Shown in pieces: positions 10,763 to 23,397 of a stretch of 64,000 bases of DNA. The DNA comes from Octopus sinensis (Eukaryota): assembly GCF_006345805.1 (NCBI RefSeq), contig NC_042998.1, positions 129,208,001 to 129,272,000 of the forward strand. The letters are read 5' to 3'. Under the pieces are notes generated by a model, which saw only the letters and a program-made list of their open reading frames with translations, had not been told where the DNA came from and did not search any database. The position numbers and the translations under genes were made by a program. Position 1 is the first letter of the stretch, and each line of letters begins with the position of its first letter.

Positions 10763-13700
10763 TAAAAATAAAGGGTCTTAACGCTGACTGAAAATCCTCT
10801 TTCATACGACATTAGGTCAACAAAAGATCTATGATGACTTTTACAAAATCTCCAATAAGAATCGGTCTTAGACAGTATATGGTTTATATGTTAGTTACGC
10901 CTGAGTCCACTGCAGAATTATAATTCGTAATGTTTTTCAAGATGTGCATGCACCTTAGTATGTTTTCCAAAAGCAATGTCTTCAAAGTATCTGTGGGTGT
11001 ACCAAACGTTGGCAAAACAACCGTTTCTCCACCACAGCACTTAGAGGTGGTTTCTCTTTCCCATTACTTACATAGAGTGAACAAGTGGAAGTGGGAAGGT
11101 AAAATGTGGAAAGGAACTGGGAGACAATGTGAACAGGGATGGGGAGAAAGAGATAGAGGGGAAGAGAGGGAGAGAGAGAGAGAGGATAGAGAGAAGACAG
11201 TTTAAAGAGATAAATACATAATTAAATATTAATTGAGGGTTAAAGAAAGAGAAAGTCTAAATGAAATAGGAGAGTTAAATGCAATGTGAACAAGCGATAA
11301 CAAGGATGAGAATGATGGCATTTTGTAATTTTGAGTTAGAGAAATGACTTCTTTGTTAGTCCATATCAGACCGGATCACGTTGACCTATGATCAAAAACA
11401 TTTTAGCCACGACCGTCTGTCTTATTCGTTTTATGTAGATTATCCAATGTACTTCAACCAATGTGTTCTCTTTAAGAGAATGTAGAGATGTGATTTCAGT
11501 GAGCTGTGGCCGCTTATTTCTAGCAGGCCGAGCGACTATGTGGAGCAGGGTAAGCTACTATTTCACATTCTGTGAAACAAATTTTCACAGATGAGTTTAG
11601 TTACATCATTCAGTTCTTATGTAAAATACGTCACTGTACAAGGCATATCTAGCATTTTTACATGATAAAATAATTTAATAAACAAATGAAACAGTTTCAT
11701 TTCGCCAAGCCTTTGATGTATCGAAATAAAATCAGTTACAAAAAGCATCAAAAAATCCTTCAAATTTGAAAACAGTCGAACAAAATCCTGTTATCTTATT
11801 CTTTTTCCTTTTCATTGATGAAAAATATGTTTCACACTTGTATATCATTCTGCAATGATCTATAAATGTAGAAAATCATTTTCATAGATGTAACACCGGG
11901 AAAAAATTTCTAAGCCGTGAGAAATATTATCAGAAAATAATTATATCAACAATATATTCACAATTGAGGAAAGCTCAATAAATTTCTTTTTCAATAATGA
12001 ATTTGTTTTCAAGTCAATTAGTTCAAGTTGTGTATTATTCTCCAGTTTCCGTGATTATTTTGTTTACTAATGAAAATGGACTAAAATATTCAACTTTGCA
12101 ATCTTCTTTGCAAATATAACAAAGAAGAGAAAAGCCGAGCCGCAAAACATATTTTGGAAAATTGTCACTATTCTCATTTAATCTTTAATCTTTTCAGTGA
12201 TGAAACTGATTAAATTCTTAATTTTCTAGCCTAGAAATGAACTGTTTTTTAATTTCATCTTGAATACATTGATATCATTTACTAAGCTAGAAAACAATTT
12301 GCTTTTGCACTGCAGATTTCGTTAACTGGAATAGTTACAAATAATAACTAAAAAGTTTAATCAAACAGTCTACTATTATCACATAATGTGCTTTTTAAGG
12401 ACATTTGGTATTTCTTTTCTAGAAAAATTGCGAACAGATTTTTTTATGTTCCGAAGCTCTTCCACAGAATGTCAGCGTACAAGATCATTATTTTCTAAAA
12501 CTCTGAATCCTGACTTTTCGCTGAATACTTGTACGTTTAACGACCTTACTGATTAATGATTACATTTACATATATCAAAAACGTTAGTAAAACAAGGTTC
12601 ATGTTAAATTTTTCTTCACACAACGATACTTAAAATGATATTTTAGAAAACAAAAAAACATCTACATAATTTCACGCTATGTTGTCCTGTAAGCAGAAAT
12701 ATTTATGAGTTAACTGGAATTCGTTGGTAGATTACCCAAGCACAACTATATATAAATGTATGTGTGTGAGTGTGTGCGTGCGTGTATTTACATATATAAC
12801 CATAGTATTAGCACCAAGTAGTGTTTAGGCATAAGCAAAAGCTTAGGTTAGTGACATATTTCAACTGATAAAAGGCAAATTCATTGCAGTTACAATGGAG
12901 AAAGATTCTCTCTTATGCTAAAAAGGTGTAAAATCGTCATATCTGTCCAGTGTCACCTCTTCAGGATTCCAATACATCGATGTTTCTAGTTCTTCAGTTG
13001 TTATCAATGGGAAATACTTAAGAGAGGCAGTGAATTTGCCTTTTAGCAATTGGAATATGCCACAAACATTTTAACTAATTTAAACTAGGATTAGCGCTCA
13101 TTTAACGGTAATTTCGTCGATCTCAGTGGTCTACTGGCGCAAATCAATGTTGTTGACTGCGTTTTAGTTAAAGATATAGCTTCGATAAGGTCTGTCTAGA
13201 GTTGCCTCTCTTAGCTATTCCCCATTAATAATAGCTAAAGAGTTACAAACATCGACTTCTTTGAATCCCGACAGGGGGCGACAATGGACAGATATGGTGT
13301 GTTTACACCTTTTTACCATAAGAGAATTTTTCTCCAAGGTAACTGCAGGGAATTTGAGTTTTAGCAGTTGAAATATAACACAAACATATTTTAACTAACC
13401 TAAACTTTGTTTATATATATATAATTAATAATAATATACATATAATTAATAATAATATACATATAATAATACATATAATAATACATATAATAATGATATA
13501 CAAACGGCGGTGCATCAACATGGCCGTAGCTCTGAGCTGAAACTAAAAAAAAAATGTAGTTAATTATATTAAGGGCGAAAACGATCTAATTCCAACATGC
13601 TTGAAGTGTCGATACCTTAAAAAAGCAATAAAAAACTATAGATAAAATGTACACATGGCTGAAAACGGGCTCGTGAAAGAATATCAAGAAGACCTCACGT

Positions 13701-14163
13701 TAAGTGTGAATTGGTTACAATTTCTGGATTAAAACCATTGAATAAACTTTTTTCCTTCGTCAATACAATACACAGGAAATATAAATACAAATAATTGTAC
13801 ATACCGTACAAATCAGATTCGTACGTATACTCACAAATATTTGCACGTAAGGTAAGTCAATTTCAAATCTCCTCACGACAGCCACGTGTATATTATAAGA
13901 ATAGTCAAGCGATAAATGATTTTCCGGTCTGGAGTAAAATTAATTAAATTATTTTATCTTATTTATTAATTCATAATATAATATATGGATAACAATCATG
14001 TTAATGATTTTTATAAGGTAATCAGCATGCTATAATTTTTTTTAATCCTTATATTCTATTATGAATTTATATATATATAGATTCAGATGAATATGGTAGT
14101 TCAGTTGAGGCACCAGAATTTAGTATGGTATTATCCATACAATTTCAAAATAAGGTGATTGAA

Positions 14164-14806
14164 ATCAAAATAAGCAACAAGGATATCCAGAGGTAATTGC
14201 AGTACGATGGTTTCAAGCAACTCCATTTAATTGGACAATGCAATCATTACATCAATTTAAATGCAGAGCAATCCTTTGTATATCAAATCTTTGTATATCT
14301 AGGGCCGAGAGAACAAGGAGCAGTGTCTGTTAGGAATAGGGCCGAGGGAGTCGACAGAAATCATAGTTTGTAATATCATAGATATTTTAAACAATATTGC
14401 CATATTGTATAAAGTTAAAGTTTAGGGTTATTCAGAAGATTATTAAGAAGAATACTATAACAAAAGGATAAAAAGTTTTTTGAATACTTTTCAGTATATA
14501 CCAAACTTTTGCCACAATAGAGGGAGAAAAAAATTATCTAGAAATAGTTTAATATTTATACATATTATATACTTAAATACTAACTTATCAGATGGTATCT
14601 GTGAATATTTATCAATTGGTATATACTGGTATTTATTTAATAAAGAGTAATGTGTCCATCTGTTTTAATTTAAATAAATTGTATGTTTTTATGCAGCTGA
14701 GGATTTCTCTGTATTTAAATTGATGTAACGGTTTCATTGTTCAATTAAATGGAGTTGCTTGAAACGATCGTACTGCATTACCTCTGGATAACCTTGATGC
14801 TTATTT

Positions 14807-14810
<4 letters not shown>
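14164..14810 (+). mobile_element. PLE 3' terminus with an inverted, truncated pLTR upstream
   Basis: 14164..14275 is the reverse complement of 14700..14810 (about 110 bp, few mismatches); the right copy holds a hammerhead and abuts (TA)n. Confidence 0.7.
14691..14778 (+). ncRNA. Type-I hammerhead motif with a long stem II
   Basis: ATGCAG-CTGAGGA-(57 nt)-GAAA-CGATCG-TA-CTGCAT: perfect 6-bp stem I, palindromic ACGATCGT stem III, GUA triplet. Confidence 0.7.
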
Positions 14811-14873
<63 letters not shown>

Positions 14874-14882
14874 ATATATAAT

Positions 14883-14917
<35 letters not shown>

Positions 14918-14968
14918 CATACATACTCACACACACATATGTATATATATATATATATATATTAAAAA

Positions 14969-15268
14969 GAGGGTCCCAGCTGATACGATCAACGGAACAG
15001 CCTGCTCGTGAAATTAACGTGCAAATGGCTGAGCATTCCACAGACACGTGTACCCTTAACGTAGTTCTCGGGGATAATCAGCGTGACACAGAGAGTGACA
15101 AGGCTGACCCTTTGAAATACAAGTACAACTCATTTTTGCCAGCTGAGTGGACTGGAGCAACGTGAAATAAAGTGTCTTGCTCAAGGACACAACGCGTCGC
15201 CGGGAATCGAACTCACAACCTTACGATCATGAGCCGAATGCCCTAACCACTAAGCCACGCGCCCTCAC
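14969..15268 (-). mobile_element. tRNA-derived SINE group 3, variant with a GTGTCCTTGAGCAAGACAC core
   Basis: A-box TGGCTTAGTGG, B-box GAGTTCGATTCC; the 3' module is essentially identical to that of 61324..61705. Confidence 0.85.
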
Positions 15269-15296
15269 TATATATGTATATATATATATATGTATC

Positions 15297-15795
15297 GCAA
15301 ACAACTTGTAGATGCAAATGCTACTTACTGAAAGCTCTGTATACCAGATACTAGCAAGTCGTCAGGAGAGAATGCACGCCGTTTCAAAGTCTACTCCCGA
15401 CGGTATCACTGCGCACCGGTCTCCCTCACTTAAATGAGGCTCCGCTTCCTAGCTCAACGGGTTATCCGGTTTTGCTCAATATGCTTCAAGCCATTGCTCA
15501 TCGTCTCATTTTAACCAAATCCAGAGGCTTACCTTTTCCACTAAAGTTTGTGCATCACTCATGGTGGCATTTGCTTTACGATAAGTAACGACAACAACAG
15601 TCGCCTCACAACGTGTCCAACAAATTCTCTACATCCGACTTCGACTGGAAAATGCTTCACTTTCCAGCCTGAATCTTCACATTCATCGAGGAGGTTTCCA
15701 TATATAACTATCTTGTTTTTCCATGATATGGCTAACGACCGACAAATTCTGCAGAACGCTAAAATTGGCAACCGTCCTTCTGTAATAGAGCTTCT
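15297..15795 (-). pseudogene. 3' end of a HERO-like RLE retrotransposon, copy 2
   Basis: ORF 15559..15771 contains YGNLLDECEDSGWKVKHFPVEVGCREFVGHVVRRLLLSL; collinear with 10193..10674. Confidence 0.8.
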
Positions 15796-17533
15796 TTAGG
15801 TTAAATTTTGTATATCCATAGATTTGTCCAAAACTAAAGGAAAATAATAGTTGCTCAGATATTTTACGGGAACATTAGGCAGCTCTTGTAAATACGTTTT
15901 ACTTTGACAGACCGATCTTAGTAATTTCGTGGGAAGTCCTCTTGCCACTATTTGGAAACAAATCCTAAGTTTCTCCACTTTTGACCAAAACGGAAGTTTT
16001 TTTCATAGCCACGCATTTTTTTAACAAATGTATTTTCTCTTCTAACTTTTCTGTTATTTTAGCCATTAATTCATTTCTTAACTCAGATCCAAACGATAAC
16101 TTAAAGTTTTCTGATTTAGTCCGGTGTTGTGTTTTGTAGTGTCTATTAAGATAATACTATTATTATGAGTAAAACTATTTTCAAAAATAATTTGTTGTTT
16201 TCATAAGTGATCCACTAGTAAACGAGGTTATTTTCGTCGCTGTTCATTGAAGTCACACTTCTGATTCTATTCTTTCTCATATTTTGTCTTATGGTTCGTA
16301 AAGTTAAAACAATCTTGATTTTCGAAAAACGACCAGATCTGCAAATATTCATAAAGGATGGAAAAGTCACAACTGTGTAGCAAGAATGTCAACTGTAAAT
16401 TGACAAGCAAAAAAATGTGACGTATCGGCTTTGGCTGTGCTTCAGTATCACTCATTCTATTCAACAATTATGGAGTGCGCAATGCGGACATCTAAAGTTT
16501 GGACACATGCGCCGTAAGTTGGCTTGCGATGACTAGCGTGTGTATATGTGAGTATATATAATGTGTGTGTGTGTATGTGTGCGTATGTGTGCATGTGTAC
16601 CTGTATGAGTGTGTGCGTCTACATATGCTTGTATGATGACTTTAGTGTGCGTATAAGTATTAAATATCTGTTTATACACTGCCATGTATACATTGTGCAC
16701 GTGTGTGTGTTTGTGTGTGTATTTGTATGTGCTTATGAGTGTGTGTAAATAAGATAAAGTGATGAAAAGTAGTAGATAGACTGAGATAGACTGGGGAGAG
16801 AGGAAGCAAAAGAAGGTAAATATAGGCTCTGATAAACTAAGAAAGAGAAAAAAATACATAAAAAGAGTCAAAGAATGTGAATAACAAAAGACTATACAAA
16901 AATATTAGTTACAGAAACACACGCAAATATACGAAAACAAAATATGAAGTTGGAAAATAAGCGAAGAAAAAAAAGAAAAGCAAATTCGAAGGAGATTACT
17001 CTAGAAGGGAGAAACAACACAAACAACAAAAACGGAGAATGAAAAATAAAAAAAATAAAACAAACTTGAAAATATCGAATGAAAGAATAGAATAAAATAA
17101 AAGAATATCATAAAAGTTGGTGGTGGGGGGAGTGCGCAGTAAACTTAACATAAACAAAGAAACAAACTAAACACTTTTAAAATAATAATAGTGAATTTAA
17201 AGAAGCGTAAACTAACACATCCGGAAAACAGACGGGAAGAAGAAATGGAAGAGAAAAAGAAAAGAAAGAAGAAAGATAGAACCAAAGGAAGGGAAAAAGG
17301 ATGGAAAACTAGAAGTGAGATAAGAAAATTTTCGAATGTATGCTTATACGTTTATAAAAGAAAGTTTTACAGAGCTTTAAACGTTAACGTTAACCCTAAT
17401 CGTTTCGTCGGATAGTATTTATCTCCCTTAGTTGTTTTTCAGTGTGATGTTTGGATAACGTACATAGACCTGATTTAATAAAGGTGAAAGGCGTCTCAAT
17501 CCTGAGCATAATTTTTGTTTATATACTATTTAA

Positions 17534-17924
17534 TCTCTCTCTTTATAAAGTTGGAGTTGTCTGTGTATGGCAGGTTTGGTAGCCTTCAACTAATACTATT
17601 TCCTCCGAGACCCTGCGGTACAAGTTGACCAAAATTGAGAGTATGATAGAAGGCTTGCTCTTCATTCCGTAGGAGATAAAATTCAAATCGGACCATGGTA
17701 AGACCAAAAATTATTTACATCAAAAAGGTGCTTTTTTTTTCTCTGAAAATCCCTATCTTTTACGATTTTTTGACTGCCGTGTCACCATTTTTCGACGTAT
17801 TTCAACCAGAAAAATGTTCACTTAAAGAGAATAACAAGCTACATAATGCAAAAGATTTACATTTCAAAAATTCCAATTCTAAAGGGTCGAAACAGACCCG
17901 AGCAACGCCGGGCGATACTGCTAG
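17534..17924 (+). mobile_element. Non-autonomous Helitron-like element
   Basis: Begins A|TC (TCTCTCTCTTTATAAAG), ends with hairpin CCCGAGCAACGCCGGG, then an 8-nt spacer and CTAG|T. No TSD; inserted in an AT dinucleotide. Confidence 0.65.
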
Positions 17925-18384
17925 TTTTGAATATATTCCATTTATCTCTTCAGCGTATAGCCTGACCCTTTGCCGACTGGACTAGTTACGTCATCTGGAT
18001 ATATAATGTTAGCTTTAGCACAGTGTAAAACTCTATGAATGTCCCACATGATCGCGACACTCACGGATGTCGTTCAACACTGTTTCGCACGACGTTATTT
18101 TGTTAACTTGAGGGTGGCTAAGCCTTATACACATCAGCGAACGTACTGTATGCTACTAAAAGCATTTTCATTTATATCACGGTGTCTACGAGGGATTTGC
18201 TGTTCATAGCTGACGAACAGAAAGGATGTAGAAACGCATCCGTCCTACGAGCCAGCGAATCATTCATATCTCAAAATGTGTTTTTAGACATGTTGTCTAA
18301 GAGGAGAAATTTCTCACTGTCCGCAGCGAAATGTCTTCTCACATTCCAATGCACTGGGAAAGTGTTAGATATGATTTTACGCGA

Positions 18385-18550
<166 letters not shown>

Positions 18551-18555
18551 ATATA

Positions 18556-18597
<42 letters not shown>

Positions 18598-19557
18598 TTA
18601 TAATATATCATATAATATATATATATATATGCTTATATACATACGTATACGTACATACATGTATACGTATATACATATGCATATGTGAACACAGGACTTC
18701 ACAAAACGTAAACAACCAAATATACGAAGTGCGAGGACATGGAATATAAACTTATTTTGCGAACAACGAAAGAAACAAATAGAACACAAGACAAACAACG
18801 CAAGAAATACCCTTCATCAGTTGTTAGCTGCTTTTCTAATCTGTATTTAGAGTAATTAATTCACGAACATATACACCTACGATAAAACAGTTGCTCCCGC
18901 AAAGCAAATTAAATAAAATTTGGGATTTTGCGGAGGGTCAAAATTGGTGACAAAAACAGGACAGTAAAAACAAACAAGAAGTGCTGCTAAGCCTAGACGA
19001 GGTTGTGGTAGCGAGCGCGAAGAAACAAGATTGGACAGGAGACAGACAAGAATATGTCTTTCTTGGTCAGCTGCAACATAAAGAAAGAAAGAAACACAAG
19101 TTAGGAGAAGAAAGAAAAATGGCTGAGGGTCACGTGGGAGCCACGTGAGCAAAAGAGGAAGAGTGAGGGAGAGAGAATAACAGAGAGAGAACTGTGAAGG
19201 GGAGAGAAAAAGATTTGGAGATAAGATAAGAGAGAAAAAGAGAAGGAGAAGGGGGGTAAAAGAATACGAGAAACGAAGAGAGAAAACGAAAAAGTAAATA
19301 TTGGGAGGAGAGGAAGTAAAAGAATGAGAGAAAGGAAGGGAGAAAAGAAGGAGTAAAAGGATCGAATAGTGGGAGAAGAGGAGGTAAAAGAGCACTTCGT
19401 TTTTTTTTTGTTGTTTACGTTCTGTGCCCACATATGCATATGTTTATACGTATACATGTAAGTATGTACGTATACGTATGTATATGCTTATATATATTAT
19501 TTATATTAGTATATGATTGAACGCCACACTTCCTTTTTCCAAGAAAGTTTCTCTCTA

Positions 19558-20350
19558 TCTATCTATCTTGAAAATATGCACACCTATGTTAAAAGTGCTG
19601 GCGAGTTTGCATGGCAACTATTTTTTTCCTCAAATGAAAGGCGTGACCTCTAGGTCTAAATGGGGCTGGGAGGGGATTAAAATTTACAGGAGCGGGTGTT
19701 CAGTAATTCTCTGTTACATCAAGCTAAAAAAATTGGCCCAGCCTTTAAATCTTCAATGTGTTGCCGTCCATGATGAAGAAGTTTTGAATGCTTGCCATGG
19801 CGAATCTACTGTCGTAAGAAAGAATCACTTCAAAACTTGGTGTTTAGGAATTTTCTTTTACATCAAGTTCAAAATTTTACGCCAGCCGTTAAACTGCCAC
19901 TACGTTGCTGTCCGTCGTTAAGAAATGCCAGCCATGGTGACTCTACTATCTTCAGATTCTATCCCTTCAAACTTTGGTTTCCAATATTTTTAAATTTTTA
20001 TCAGTCGCAAGTTGTCTGTCCCTTTAAATGTTTTGTGTTTTGCTGTCTGCCTTGAAGCAGACCTTCCCGTGTCACTGCCTGATATTTATGATTGATCTTT
20101 CAAAATATTTCTTTCTCAACTTACTCAAGATCTTTTGTTGTTTATAAATGGGAGAGAGATAGATAGAGAACGAGAGAGAGTAGAGAAAGCGAGGGAGAGT
20201 CCGAGAGAAAGGAAGAGTAAGAGAGTGGGGAAGTGAGAGAGAAAGGAGAAAGAAACAAAGAGGGAGAATGTGGTATAAAAACAGAAAGGAAGCAACAGAA
20301 AGTAAGAACCACACTCTTACCCGCGCGTAGAGCGGGTCACCTTAAGCTAG
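19558..20350 (+). mobile_element. Helitron-like element with an internal degenerate ~144-bp tandem repeat
   Basis: 5' A|TCTATCTATC; 3' hairpin ACCCGCGCGTAGAGCGGGT (20319..20337) followed by CTAG|T; repeat units start at TACATCAAG 19715 and 19859. Confidence 0.55.
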
Positions 20351-20790
20351 TATAATAATATATATATTATATATATATATAGATATATATATATATATTA
20401 TATATATATATATACATACTGTATTATAGTTATATTTTCTTTCGAAATACATAGACAGAACAGAAGTGCTGAAGTCGAAGCTGAGGCGTCGGATAAGTAT
20501 CATGGGTGCAATAGAAAAAGTTTAAATCAGGCAAACTACTGTTAACACACACACACACACCCAACACACACACACACACGCCACACACACACACACACTC
20601 ATATATATATATATATATATATATATAAAGGTTAATTAAGATAAAAATAAGAATTGTCCAAGCTGAAGTATATATTGTTATAGTAGATATATTAAAATAT
20701 AAAATTATGAAAATATATGAAAACTAAAAATATACATGGACATATAAATATATAGATATATAGACATAATAATAATGGAATATAGATAAA

Positions 20791-21020
20791 TAACGTATTT
20801 TAAGAAATTAAAATATGGTATAGAGAAAATAATAGGCATTAAAATGAGTTTTGGGTTACATGTTAGAAGAAAATAAAGTATTCCAACGATCGTTTCTCGG
20901 TTTCATTCGTCCAAATATCAAATGAATCTTAAGATACTTTATTTTCTTCTAACATGTAACCCCAAAAATCTTTTTTATGCCTATTATTTCTCTATACCAT
21001 ATTTTAATTTCTTAAGAACG
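20791..21020. repeat. ~90-bp inverted repeat enclosing a decayed hammerhead-like core (PLE fold-back)
   Basis: 20791..20881 pairs with 20934..21020; the minus-strand spacer reads CTTAAGA-TTCATT..AATGAA-ACCGA-GAAACGATCGTT. Confidence 0.75.
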
Positions 21021-21039
21021 TTTTTTATCTATATTTCAG

Positions 21040-21268
21040 TATTCTTCTTCTTCTTCTTCTTTTATTCTTCTTCTTCTCTTCTTCTATTCTTCTTCTTCTT
21101 TCTTCTTCTTCTTCTTCTTTTCTTCTTCTTCTCTTCTTCTTCTTCTTCTTCGTCTTCTCATTCTTCTTCTTCTTCTTCTTTCTTCTCTTCTCTTCTTCTT
21201 CTTCTTCTTCTTCTTCTCTCTTCTGCTTCTTCTTCTTCTTCTTCTTCTTCTTTTCTTTTTCTTCTTCA
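21040..21268. repeat. Imperfect (TTC)n microsatellite
   Basis: Seen directly. Confidence 0.95.
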
Positions 21269-21286
21269 TTATATATTATTATTATT

Positions 21287-21741
21287 GAGTGAGAGAGAGC
21301 AGTTCATGCCATCAAAGTGACACTGGGGTAAAATATACGAAGCCCAATATACCCATCATGACTAACCGTCTGATAAAGGTACACCAGGCACATGCATCAC
21401 AACCATATGTGCGCGACATGGTGATCTCATACAAGATAAACAGCACATGACCTTGCCAGGTGGGGCCCAGCTAGATTTTCTTCAGATTGATAGCCCATCC
21501 CGCTCAAACGGTCCCTGAATAAGGGTTGTTTAAGGATGTTGAAAGAACCACCCATGTTTCCAGAGGTGAACTATTCAAACCCCAAAGAATCCCTCTCAAC
21601 ACATGTCTATGATGCTCCCCACTACTTCTGCTCGTGATCAGAGATGCAACATTCGTCAGCCACTAAGGGACATGCTCAAATGGTTAAGGTCAAACAACTG
21701 ACAAGCAAATCTGTGGTATGAGCAGATATTTGCTGTAGCCC
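21287..21741 (-). mobile_element. (AAT)n-tailed element, short form, copy 3
   Basis: Homologous to 3553..4110; (ATT)n on both sides. Confidence 0.85.
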
Positions 21742-21756
21742 ATTATTTAATTATTA

Positions 21757-21791
<35 letters not shown>

Positions 21792-21967
21792 TATTATTAT
21801 TATTATTTTATTATTATTATATTTATATTCTATTAGTATTATTAGTATTCATATTTTTTTAATATTTCTATATCTTTATATCTCTAATATATCAATATAT
21901 GTTTCCACTTTCATAATTCTTATTTTTATCTTAAATAAAGCCATATATATATATTATATATATATTA

Positions 21968-21999
<32 letters not shown>

Positions 22000-22088
22000 C
22001 GCGTTAACCAGTTAACCATAATTGCCTGATTTGACTTTTTGTATCGTCTGTTTTTTTCTCTTTTTTCTCTCCTTGTTTTTCTGTGTCC

Positions 22089-22124
22089 CTTTCTGTAGAA
22101 GAGCGTAGGCTCGAAACGTAAAAG
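22089..22124 (+). ncRNA. Minimal hammerhead motif, family A (U6 variant), in a pLTR cassette at ~22000..22200
   Basis: Identical to 10044..10079. Confidence 0.7.
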
Positions 22125-22409
22125 ACTTTTTCTATTCCTGAGCGTTATACTACTACATCTGTTTGTTTTGTACACCGCCTGTCTTCGTCTTTTGTAAGTG
22201 TGTGTTAGCGTTTGTATGTCTGTGTGGACGAATGAGAAGGTAATTTGACACGATCGCTGCAGCATGAAACTCGAATGGAATCGCGACAAGGGGATTCATA
22301 AATATATATACAGGAGAGAGAGGAGAGAGAGAGAGCTTTGGAGAGGGGGGAGGAGAGAGAGACGATGGGAGAGGAGAGGCGGAGCATGAGGGTAGAGAGG
22401 AGAGAGAGG

Positions 22410-22440
<31 letters not shown>

Positions 22441-22499
22441 CATGAGAGAGAAAGTGAATAGTGGGGTGGCGTTTTCGTCCAGTGGCTACACTTTGCCTT

Positions 22500-23150
22500 G
22501 ATGACAGGAGAAAGTCGCTATACCAAATTATCTGTTCCTGAATTTAAGTAACTTGAATTATCCTTGAGATTTGTTCATAGAATTTCTTTTTGCCTTTGTC
22601 TTGTGTAGTGTGTCAGAGTAGGGACACTGATAAAGTTGACAAGCGCATCAGAGGTATGGAGTCGAAGAGAGAAAACTCCTCTAAGTTTCTCACTCGCTGG
22701 GCTACACCATATTTGGCAGTAGGCTTTCCACAGTAAAGCCAATTCCACGAACTCCAGTCACGCGTAAGCCATCATACCAGAAAAAGGCATGTGTCTTGCG
22801 TATTGTTCATGGTTCTGAAAGACGTTTCTCTTGTGGTACTGCGCTGCCCAGTCGAAATTTTAGAAGCTCGTTTCTAACTGTACATTCTTTCACGTGTCCT
22901 TGCTTGTATCTAGCTCCACAAGAATTTGAGCGCAGGTTCATAAGCAATAAATTACTGCTTTCCGTGTAAGGGCGCGGATATGTGCTGAGTTAGTATGGGA
23001 GAACAGTAGTTGCCATTCGGCAAGCCTGTTCTCTCTACGCCACTGATGGTTTTGAGGGAAGAGCAAGTGCCAATACAGCCTGGTACCAGCGCAGTCGTAT
23101 AAGTTGCAAGAAACGTGTTGAAAACCGAAAACCACGTTGTACTGCCTAAG
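22500..23150 (-). pseudogene. 5' fragment of an RTE-clade LINE (APE endonuclease region), decayed
   Basis: Minus-strand frames give HAFFWYDGLRVTGVRGIGFTVESLLPNMV, then SLRLHTSDALVNFISV..KKFYEQISRII, matching the RTE pattern YTFFWQG..GVGFAV..SLRL..NLISVYAPT..FYEQL. Confidence 0.65.
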
Positions 23151-23397
23151 GGACTTCAGCTTTAGTCAAAATATTAGGAGTTGGAATGAAAAAGGCCGTC
23201 AAATGTAACCACAAGTATTCCGCAACGAAATGCTTTGACTTATTCAGCGTGTAAATTTTAAAACAGATTCACTCGCTCAAAACAAATATTAAGGCATTCA
23301 AAATATTACATATACTAAAATTATATATTCAAACATCGCATATACATCTTAAGAATTGCATGTTCAGTCTTCCTAAATATTTAAAAGTAATACTTTG

